Of a stretch of DNA of 44,184 bases, positions 9,729 to 17,973 are shown piece after piece. The stretch comes from a virus (Duplodnaviria > Caudoviricetes). Made by a program: the position numbers and the translations under genes. Positions within the stretch are counted from its first letter, which is position 1. Each line of letters begins with the position of its first letter. Location of the stretch: positions 1 through 44,184 of IMG/VR virus record IMGVR_UViG_3300033076_000718. One strand, 5' to 3'. Below the pieces are notes generated by a model that worked only from the letters and a program-made list of their open reading frames with translations, did not search any database and had not been told where the DNA came from.

Positions 9729-11120
9729 TTAAAGGAATTTAATTGGAGGCAAATTATTAGCCGCTAAGAAATTCGTAATTGTTGTGCACACTAAAATCTG
9801 GTCTGTAGCTAAACCTGTTGTACTTCCAGAGTTACCTGAATAAGTACCGGTTTCTTCAAACAAAATCTTTGTTACAAACGGATCAATTGATACGTGACCT
9901 AAATCAGAAGAATATTGGTCAGTATGCTCAATAGTAAGAACAGCGTATTTAGCACTTAAACTAACTGGGTTAGGATAATTGATATTTGCTCTTTCATCAA
10001 ATAGCTTATTGTAAAGTCTTTGAGAGAAAGTATTTCTATATTGAAGATACAATGCTCTAGAACTATTTTGCTCAGATGCTTTACTTAATCTAGTTACAGT
10101 AACTTGAGAAGCATTGAAACCTTTAGAAACACCTACATTATTAATGTTAGTTTGTACTTGAGCAACAAAATCTTCAAATTGAGTCTCACGATCTAAAGCT
10201 ATGAAAGCTAATCCAACTAACTTATCAGTTGCTGCTAATGTAGTATCATTAGCTTTAGCTGCGTTTAATGGGATTAATCTAGGAGTTGTAAACGGCATAC
10301 CTGCTATCATAGTTTGCAAAGTAGCAATTTCTTCAGCAGTAAATTGAACTGTTTTATTTCCACGTGCACTAATCCATATTGTGTAATCCGTACCAGCAGC
10401 TAATCCACTTATTAATGGATATGAAGCAGAACCAGAGTGACCAGTTAAACCTATACCTAATGCTAACATTGGCACACGTCCACGATAAGTTGGGAAGTTG
10501 AGAGGAGAAGAAGCATTAATCTCCATACCTAACATATGATATAGATAATGAGCTTGATATGCAGCTAATCCCATAGTAGGAGTTAAATTACTTGCCCAAT
10601 CTGGTGTAAGAACATTTGCAGTATAGATTAAACCTTCTGTAGAATAAGCTTCATCCATTGTACGACCGCCGAATTTAAAGTTAAGCTCATATGTAGTATT
10701 AGCTTCAATAACTTGTGATGCTCCTATTGTGAATCCCCACAAAGACTTAGTAGGATCCTTGTAACGTTCTAAGCTAACTTCAATAGGGAACGTTGCATCA
10801 AGAACACTTGAAAAATAAGGTATATTTTTCAAAGGATACTTCATTGTTGTGTAACCCGTCTTAGTAAAGATTTCTAATCTCTTAGTAAAGTTAGCAGCAG
10901 TTTGAATAGATGTACTATTGTATACTGTGTTATATAAAGGACTATTAGGATCCCCATTACTAAATACGATATCGCCAGCAGTCATCAATGCAATTTTTTC
11001 TTGGTTACCGTTATTAGTTAATATTTTATTTGCTACAGTAACTGGATTGGTAACATACATAGCTCTAGCAGCCGGCATAACCATCATAACGCTGTTAGCA
11101 TTTTTTAATTGTCTTTTCAT
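9729..11120 (-). CDS. Structural protein of the crAss-like capsid module (possible auxiliary capsid protein)
   Basis: 463 aa; third gene downstream of the MCP, followed by a terminator. Call rests on synteny. Confidence 0.5.
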   Translation of the reverse strand: MKRQLKNANSVMMVMPAARAMYVTNPVTVANKILTNNGNQEKIALMTAGDIVFSNGDPNSPLYNTVYNSTSIQTAANFTKRLEIFTKTGYTTMKYPLKNIPYFSSVLDATFPIEVSLERYKDPTKSLWGFTIGASQVIEANTTYELNFKFGGRTMDEAYSTEGLIYTANVLTPDWASNLTPTMGLAAYQAHYLYHMLGMEINASSPLNFPTYRGRVPMLALGIGLTGHSGSASYPLISGLAAGTDYTIWISARGNKTVQFTAEEIATLQTMIAGMPFTTPRLIPLNAAKANDTTLAATDKLVGLAFIALDRETQFEDFVAQVQTNINNVGVSKGFNASQVTVTRLSKASEQNSSRALYLQYRNTFSQRLYNKLFDERANINYPNPVSLSAKYAVLTIEHTDQYSSDLGHVSIDPFVTKILFEETGTYSGNSGSTTGLATDQILVCTTITNFLAANNLPPIKFL

Positions 11121-11195
11121 TGAAAGATAATTTGTTTTGTTGTAAAATAATGATTCTTATCTTGTGATAAGAACGCCTTACTCAACGTTCGTTTC

Positions 11196-11873
11196 CTAAT
11201 TGTTAGCAAGGACTTTTTCAGCAAACCCTCCTTTTATAATACGTTCAGCTTCATTAACGGCTAAATCCACTATTAAAGGGTGAGTAAACTCAGGTAAGTC
11301 AAATCCTTTAGTCGTAGTAGTTACTCCATCAGGATGCACATACCCACCAATATAAGGTTTTGAAGGGTATGTAAGGTAGGTTATTTTTGCTTTAGATACT
11401 GGCTTATATATGTATATAGAAGTATTTTTGCCTTCGCTATCTCTACCAAAGTTATATAATGCTGTAAACTTATTGAAAGGATTTCTCAATTCTTCTAAGT
11501 AATCAGAATGTTTAGAATGCACACATGATAACCATTGTTTACAGGATTCATCATAAACATTAAGACTTGTTAGGTGATAGTAAGGTTTTACTAAAGTACT
11601 TAACTTTAACTCTACATTATCACTAGGAACAAGTGTAATTTCAGGTTGTTCTGGAAATTTAACGTGTAGATTACTTAATTCATCTATACGTAATTGATTG
11701 TCTTCAAATCCAGCTCTAGTTAAGTTAACTTGATTATACCTAGTCCTAAAGTATTGCTGTTGCGCTTCATGTAGAAGCCAGTCAATTTCTTCAGGTTCAA
11801 AGTTTTTAGTTTGATTGGTATCAAGTTTATTTAACTTTACTTTAAAGTCAACATGTGCTTCTTGTATAGTCAT
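11196..11873 (-). CDS. Head-tail connector/ring protein (P22 gp4-like, crAss-type)
   Basis: N-terminal F..KLNK......F.PEEIDWLL.EAQ and C-terminal LPEFTHPLIVDLAV are typical of crAss-like ring/adaptor proteins. Confidence 0.65.
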   Translation of the reverse strand: MTIQEAHVDFKVKLNKLDTNQTKNFEPEEIDWLLHEAQQQYFRTRYNQVNLTRAGFEDNQLRIDELSNLHVKFPEQPEITLVPSDNVELKLSTLVKPYYHLTSLNVYDESCKQWLSCVHSKHSDYLEELRNPFNKFTALYNFGRDSEGKNTSIYIYKPVSKAKITYLTYPSKPYIGGYVHPDGVTTTTKGFDLPEFTHPLIVDLAVNEAERIIKGGFAEKVLANN

Positions 11874-12847
11874 TATGATTTAAGCTTTATTTCTGATTGA
11901 AGTTCTTGTATAAGATCTGCTTTCTTAGTATCCATTAGGAATTCTAGAGCAGACTCAGGTTTATTACCTAATTCTATACTTCCTTTAGCGCGTACCCATG
12001 TGTACGTACCTTTATTGATTGAAATGATTCGCATATCTAAAGCTTGTTTTAATGTAAACCTAGCTTCGAACTGAATCTTACCATCAGCAGTTTTAAGTAA
12101 CTTATATAAGGTTAAGAACCTGTATATATTGTTATTATTAGAAGTATTGTTTTCAATAAATTGGAACAATAAGTTTGTTACTTGTTCTTCAGTTACATTA
12201 CCTTTAACATTAACTAATTCTAAGATAGCTGCTATCTTACGTTTAACGGTAGGTAGCATATCTGAATCAGATAACGCAGCAAATGCAGCAATTTTATTAG
12301 TGTTAGATTTGAACTTGATTTCGTCTTGCTCATTTTCAATAGCTACATAATAACGTGCATGAGGCCATTTATGCTCTTTCCACTCTCTTTCAGAATTAGC
12401 AACTAGCTTAGATGCTAAACATACATGATAAAACATGCAGTCATCAAATACATCCAAATCTAGAACAGTAGCTCCATCATTAAGTGACCAGCTTTTAGAC
12501 TGGAAATAAGTCGGTACATGATTTGTTTGATAAAATTTATCGAGTCCTGGAGAGCACTCATCTGTTAAGAAGCCTCTATCTAAGTTAAATTGGCGCTCAT
12601 ATTTATCTTGAAGAGTTAGTAATCTACCATTCTCTTCTTTCTGAGCTCCATTTTCTAACCAAGGTTCATCAAGGCCAGTAGATAATTTTGAAGTACGTGT
12701 ATTCTTTAATGCGGCTAAGCTATCTTTAGCTTCACCGTTTTTGTTCTTTTTAATTTTTACTCCGGAACTATCCGCAGTAAATTCGTCGAGCTTTTGTGCG
12801 CTAGGACGAGGTATAGAATATATAAAAACTAATTTCTTATTTGACAT
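11873..12847 (-). CDS. Conserved crAss-like capsid-module protein immediately downstream of the MCP
   Basis: 324 aa, helical C-terminal half; synteny with the portal-scaffold-MCP block. Confidence 0.55.
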   Translation of the reverse strand: MSNKKLVFIYSIPRPSAQKLDEFTADSSGVKIKKNKNGEAKDSLAALKNTRTSKLSTGLDEPWLENGAQKEENGRLLTLQDKYERQFNLDRGFLTDECSPGLDKFYQTNHVPTYFQSKSWSLNDGATVLDLDVFDDCMFYHVCLASKLVANSEREWKEHKWPHARYYVAIENEQDEIKFKSNTNKIAAFAALSDSDMLPTVKRKIAAILELVNVKGNVTEEQVTNLLFQFIENNTSNNNNIYRFLTLYKLLKTADGKIQFEARFTLKQALDMRIISINKGTYTWVRAKGSIELGNKPESALEFLMDTKKADLIQELQSEIKLKS

Positions 12848-12855
12848 AAAATTAA

Positions 12856-12884
12856 AAGGCCGTTTACTCCCGGCCTTCTGGAGT
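12856..12884 (-). promoter_or_regulatory. Hairpin / H-type pseudoknot in the intergenic leader
   Basis: Minus-strand RNA ACUCC-AG-AAGGCCG-GGAGU-AAA-CGGCCUU, 8 nt before the AUG at 12847. Confidence 0.5.
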
Positions 12885-12921
12885 CTTTGTATTCGAGTAC
12901 AAATATTTTATCTAATTAAAC

Positions 12922-14409
12922 TTAAATATTATTAACATCAGTGATTAACTCACCACCCATAGTAGGATCGAACATAACAATACCCATAGTACCTTCCATG
13001 AAGTGTGTGTAACCTGCAACTTTAGAGTTAGCAGCTCCAGACTTGATAGGACCTGATGGTGTAAATGAACCTGGAACGTAGAATGAACGGAAAGTATTCT
13101 TACGTTTGATTGACATGATATTGTTGTATTGTCCATCTTCTGCTTTCTTGCTAGAACCCCAGTGAGTGAAAGACAAACGACCTGAATCAATAGGCTTGTT
13201 AGGGAAGAACGGATGTGGGATGTTGTTGTAACGAGTGCTATCATAGTTAGGGATACACTGCATTGAGAATTCAATACCTGCGATACCTTTATAGTATGTG
13301 AACTGTGCACCATATGACAAGTGATTAGGATTTTCAGAAAGTTTTTGAACCCAGTGAGTATCCAAAGTCAATAATGATTGAGCACGAGCTGCTAGCAAAC
13401 GATGTAGCATCATTTTACCAACTGTACCAGAGAAACCTGCAGTCTTACGATCATCTTCGTCAATACGTGCGAAGTAGATATCCATAAGGAATTCAAACAA
13501 CAAGTCTTCAGTCCAAGGAGATGCAGTATATTTGTTCCAAGAGTCTTTCATTTGTTCACGAAGACCTGGTCCAGTGTATTTAGTGTATTTGTTGAAACCT
13601 TCACGTACACTTCTCTTACCATACCAAAGAGCTGCTTCGATATCTTGATAGAAAGTCTCGTTAAGTTTGTTTTCAAACATTGGAAGATACTTAGTTACTT
13701 GTGTACCGTTAACTTTAAACGGAATAGTAAGCATACCTTGTGTTCTCCAAGCTTCGTCAGTTACTGTACCTTCCATAGCGAATGATCCGATTTGAGACTC
13801 TAGCATCATTGAGCTAGGAGATTGGATAGTACCACCACGGTCGTTTAATTCTTGAACAACTGAAGTAGTCATTTTATTCAAACGACGGCCAGCTTCTAAC
13901 AATTCTGCAGGTACAAATACAGCAGGATTATCAGTCATTAAACGAAGAGTATAGATATAACCTGCGCCATCAGGAACAGCTGAACCAATGATTTCCAAAG
14001 GATATTCTGGATCTTCAAGATTCAATACATCTGGTTCTTTGTAATAGTCGATATCAGTTTTGATACGAATTAAAGATCCATTAAGACCTGGAGTTGTGTT
14101 AGTACTTTCAAGATTTTCAAGGATGATACCATAACGGTGCTCAGCGCCTTGAAGTCTCCAACGATAAATTAGTTGGTCTATTTCGATGTTACCACCGGAC
14201 ATAGCGCCATCTTTAGCTGCAGTCATACCTAACAATGGTTTGTTAGTCATAAACTGACTTCTAGAAGAATACAAACGTAACATTAAGTTCTCGAATACAT
14301 ACGGTTTTCCTGTTTCGCCAAGAGCACCTAAGTAGTTAGAGTCTATAAAATTACCGCCAGCACCTTCGTACTTTTTAATCACAAATTGATTAGGAGTTGT
14401 AATTGTCAT
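12922..14409 (-). CDS. Major capsid protein (crAss-like, HK97 fold)
   Basis: 495 aa; YRWRLQG, E..LWYGK, TGPGLREQ motifs. Follows portal and scaffold-like genes, with biased codon use suggesting high expression. Confidence 0.85.
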   Translation of the reverse strand: MTITTPNQFVIKKYEGAGGNFIDSNYLGALGETGKPYVFENLMLRLYSSRSQFMTNKPLLGMTAAKDGAMSGGNIEIDQLIYRWRLQGAEHRYGIILENLESTNTTPGLNGSLIRIKTDIDYYKEPDVLNLEDPEYPLEIIGSAVPDGAGYIYTLRLMTDNPAVFVPAELLEAGRRLNKMTTSVVQELNDRGGTIQSPSSMMLESQIGSFAMEGTVTDEAWRTQGMLTIPFKVNGTQVTKYLPMFENKLNETFYQDIEAALWYGKRSVREGFNKYTKYTGPGLREQMKDSWNKYTASPWTEDLLFEFLMDIYFARIDEDDRKTAGFSGTVGKMMLHRLLAARAQSLLTLDTHWVQKLSENPNHLSYGAQFTYYKGIAGIEFSMQCIPNYDSTRYNNIPHPFFPNKPIDSGRLSFTHWGSSKKAEDGQYNNIMSIKRKNTFRSFYVPGSFTPSGPIKSGAANSKVAGYTHFMEGTMGIVMFDPTMGGELITDVNNI

Positions 14410-14436
14410 TTTTTAATTAATTAAAATAATTTATTA

Positions 14437-15510
14437 TTAACCTATTTTAGCCATATATGCATCCCAATCAAAGTTTTGACTTGGAGGTGCTCCCGGAGTT
14501 CCGGAGACAGTAGGTTTTATATTTGATTTTGCGTCTAAAAGTTGTTGTTTAATTGACTTTACTGCATTAGATTTAACTTGGTTATTAAACCTATCTAACA
14601 CGATACCTCTGTTACTATCATAATCCATTAATATATCGGCTAGTTGAGCCATATGCTCTGGATTATTTTGAATACTTGCTAGTACCCTATTATAGTTAGT
14701 TGTTACTTCTTTACCTTTAGCAACTTCGTTAAACAAAAATGATTTAACTGCTGCCTTACGAGTATCTGGAATTACAGGAGTAGTATCAATAGCATTAGCT
14801 ATAGTAGTACGAATTTGATACGCGCGTCTAGCTTCTGCTTCTCTGCGTTCTTGTTCCTGAACTATTAGTTCTTCTGCTCTAGCACTTTCGTATTGCTTAA
14901 GTTCTTCATAGTATTCTACAGCTGCTTCTGCTAGTTCTCCACTTCTATCTAAAGATTGAATTAATTTATCTGCTCTTTCCTGTGGAAAATTAGCTACTTG
15001 AGTATAATATCTTTGTAATAAAGATATTTGATCCGCTTTATTAGCTAAATCAACATTATCTAATGATAGTGCATTTGTATACTCAAAAAATTCTTTTAAA
15101 GGTTTACCACTCTGAAGACCAAATAATATTGTATTTTTATAATCTTCAGGTAAGGCATCTAGTAATTCATTAAAAGTAGTTTGTTCTTTTATTTGTTTAC
15201 TGTACTCTAAAGCTTTTTCAAATTCTTCTTCTGAACCATTAAACTGGAAATCATCAGGCAACATTAAAGCTTGCTTTTCTTTAAGGTAATTAAACATTAC
15301 TGATAAAGAATCATCGGTATTTTCTGGTATTGTGTCAGTAGGCGCTTCTATAATATCGCCCGTTAAATCTACTATTTGATCGGGATTTGGTTCATTGTTT
15401 TCATCAATTACTTCAGTTGTTACTAAAGTATCTTCTGTAGTAGTATCCTCTACACTTTCAAATAGTTCCGCGAAATCATTCGCGTTATCTGGTAATTCAT
15501 TAGTGTCCAT
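14437..15510 (-). CDS. Putative capsid scaffold/assembly protein
   Basis: Very acidic N-terminus and coiled-coil middle; lies between portal and MCP as in crAss-like phages. Confidence 0.6.
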   Translation of the reverse strand: MDTNELPDNANDFAELFESVEDTTTEDTLVTTEVIDENNEPNPDQIVDLTGDIIEAPTDTIPENTDDSLSVMFNYLKEKQALMLPDDFQFNGSEEEFEKALEYSKQIKEQTTFNELLDALPEDYKNTILFGLQSGKPLKEFFEYTNALSLDNVDLANKADQISLLQRYYTQVANFPQERADKLIQSLDRSGELAEAAVEYYEELKQYESARAEELIVQEQERREAEARRAYQIRTTIANAIDTTPVIPDTRKAAVKSFLFNEVAKGKEVTTNYNRVLASIQNNPEHMAQLADILMDYDSNRGIVLDRFNNQVKSNAVKSIKQQLLDAKSNIKPTVSGTPGAPPSQNFDWDAYMAKIG

Positions 15511-15564
15511 AAAGTTATGTATAATATTTAAGTATGTATTTAATATAAATTTTTGTTGTTATTA

Positions 15565-17973
15565 TTATTTAGTCGAAGGTTTTTTCTTAGCTGCCATTCT
15601 TTTAATACCCAGCTCTTCTTTCTTTATTTCCATAGTGTCTTCGTGTTTCTTCTTATCTAATTTAAATTTTTCAATTTCTAGTTGATCCGGTTTACCATTA
15701 TCGTCACTATCTTGATCTGCTTGACCTATAAAGGAAGTTATTTCTGCAATATATCTATCATTCTCTAACTTAGATTCATGCATATAAAGTTTAGCATCTA
15801 ACTCTTCTTGTTTTTGTTTTTCTTGAGAAGCTATCTGAGCTTGAACTTGTTCCATTTGTTGCTGTTGTTGTTGAGCCATTTCTTGCTGTTGTTTCTTCTC
15901 TGAGTGAACTATTTCTGTCTTAAGTTTTTCTAAACTATCAGTGGTTAATATATTAATTAAGTCTGACAATTTAATCTTATCGTTCTGAATAAGCGTTAAA
16001 CCTAGTTGTCTTAACTCATTAAATACCATATGTTCCTTACTACTGTTAGTTAAGAATACACCAAAGTCAGTATCTAATAACTCATCTGGATTAAACTCTA
16101 ATGACATGATAGACATATCATCTAATATATACTGAAGTATCTTACTATCCTTCCAAGTTACCTTAGCAAGCTCTATTAAAGATCCTAATACGCGTTCCCA
16201 TACTTTAAAATGCAACTGAAAATATAATTCAGTAACAATACTACTTTGCTGTATCTGTCTTTGTACGTTAGTTACTGCTTCGGTAGGCGCCACTTGTCCC
16301 TCTCTTTGCTTATTAATACCAGCTACGTCAGCAATTTGTTGATCAATAGCTTCCATTAACTGCACATAATTCATTATGTGCTGCATAGTAGATCTATTAG
16401 TTACATTAGTAATTTTACCTCTCTGTGCTGCTCCTGGTAAACCTCCATTATGTAATGGATTATAAAAGTCTAAGCCCAACTCTTCTAAGTAATACAATGT
16501 CTTCTCCATTCCTATTTCAGGATCAATCATCGTAGTATCTATAGCTGTAGCTGCGGGTTTATCCAGAGCAATCATTTTCTTTAACTTATGGACTAATATA
16601 AAATAAAGATATTGAAACGGTTTCATTCTATCTAATAATGAAACTGACTCACTATTCATATTACTATATATTACTCCATGATAACCTAAGCGTACTTTCT
16701 TAACATTATTTAAAGAACGATACTGTAAATCTTTAGGTCCTATAAGTGGAAATATATCTTCCCATATCTGTACTGCTTCCCATACTTCAGGAATCCAATC
16801 CCAGTATAACATAAAATTATCCCATTGATATACATCAATTTTACGATTTTTCTTATACACTACACTTTTAGTTGCATATGCAGGTAATTTAAAGTCTTCA
16901 GATACTATATCTTCCTGAACGTCTCCTTCCGGAGTAATCGTAGTTAAGAAACCTACTTTCTTCTCGCTCTGCCATTCAATATGAGATACTTTAATATTCA
17001 TAGTACTATTACCCTCATACTGCCCTTTCATAGCATTTTCTAATTGTTGAGGGCTATCATACATATGATTAGCTGCAGGGTTATACAATTCATGATAGTA
17101 TCTCATACTATCTGTTGGGCCTGCCTGTGGACTACCTATACCCCTACTATAGTTCTCTACTCTTTCTACTTCTTCAGGTGTTAACCTGTCACCATATTTA
17201 TTTAATACATCACCTACGGTCATATACGTAACGTAACCCGCAAATAAGCCATCTTCAAAGAACTTAGTATCTCCTGCTTTATGATAAAAGAAACCTAATG
17301 GATTAATAACTTCTACGGTAGGTTTATCATTTACTACGCCTACCCATACAACTTCCATACCCGATATAAGGGCATGTTTGAATGTATCGTTTTTCTTCAT
17401 TTTGATTTCATCTACTCTATACATATAATTTAATAACTTATTAGCGGATATTTCTTTAGTAGATAAAAACTTAGTTTCGCTAAGTTTAGCCATTTCATCT
17501 TCTATATTATATGCATTATTAAGCCCCTGAGTAGTAGCCTCATCTTGTCCATATCCCATTTGCTGGAATATATTGCCTATATACTGTTGCACCATACCCT
17601 GTAACTGCTGATGATATTCTAACATTTTAGTTTTAATACCATCATCATTTACTAATATAGCTTTAAATTCAAAAGCTCTATTAAGCTCTTCCGATAATAC
17701 AACATTAATTTTATTATATGTTTTATTGTAAGCTTCTATCTCTGGAAATATACCCACTGATAATCCTAATTGATTACAGTAGTGATCAAAGTCTCCTTGA
17801 TTTACTTTATTATTATATAAGTCATAATTACTAGCTAACTTATTATACGATGTTCTATTATGCGTATAGTTAACCACTAGCTTTCTAACTACGTTTTTAG
17901 CCCACTCATAATCATCCTTAATCTTGTCTTTAAAGGATAACCTCTGAGGTGGAAAGTTTATTAAATTCAGCAT
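15565..17973 (-). CDS. Portal protein
   Basis: 802 aa directly downstream of the terminase. SL.DRMKPFQYLY, D.AGI.KQREGQ, Gln-rich coiled coil and C-terminal DxDxNG.PD motif. Confidence 0.88.
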   Translation of the reverse strand: MLNLINFPPQRLSFKDKIKDDYEWAKNVVRKLVVNYTHNRTSYNKLASNYDLYNNKVNQGDFDHYCNQLGLSVGIFPEIEAYNKTYNKINVVLSEELNRAFEFKAILVNDDGIKTKMLEYHQQLQGMVQQYIGNIFQQMGYGQDEATTQGLNNAYNIEDEMAKLSETKFLSTKEISANKLLNYMYRVDEIKMKKNDTFKHALISGMEVVWVGVVNDKPTVEVINPLGFFYHKAGDTKFFEDGLFAGYVTYMTVGDVLNKYGDRLTPEEVERVENYSRGIGSPQAGPTDSMRYYHELYNPAANHMYDSPQQLENAMKGQYEGNSTMNIKVSHIEWQSEKKVGFLTTITPEGDVQEDIVSEDFKLPAYATKSVVYKKNRKIDVYQWDNFMLYWDWIPEVWEAVQIWEDIFPLIGPKDLQYRSLNNVKKVRLGYHGVIYSNMNSESVSLLDRMKPFQYLYFILVHKLKKMIALDKPAATAIDTTMIDPEIGMEKTLYYLEELGLDFYNPLHNGGLPGAAQRGKITNVTNRSTMQHIMNYVQLMEAIDQQIADVAGINKQREGQVAPTEAVTNVQRQIQQSSIVTELYFQLHFKVWERVLGSLIELAKVTWKDSKILQYILDDMSIMSLEFNPDELLDTDFGVFLTNSSKEHMVFNELRQLGLTLIQNDKIKLSDLINILTTDSLEKLKTEIVHSEKKQQQEMAQQQQQQMEQVQAQIASQEKQKQEELDAKLYMHESKLENDRYIAEITSFIGQADQDSDDNGKPDQLEIEKFKLDKKKHEDTMEIKKEELGIKRMAAKKKPSTK

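Noticed and set aside
12945-13313. 122-aa alternative-frame ORF inside the MCP 3' end (possible frameshifted capsid extension)
   Set aside because: It ends before the MCP stop, has the composition of an off-frame read, and no slippery site was identified.
15840-15900. Poly-Gln/CAA-CAG tract
   Set aside because: An ordinary low-complexity coiled-coil segment of the portal C-terminus.
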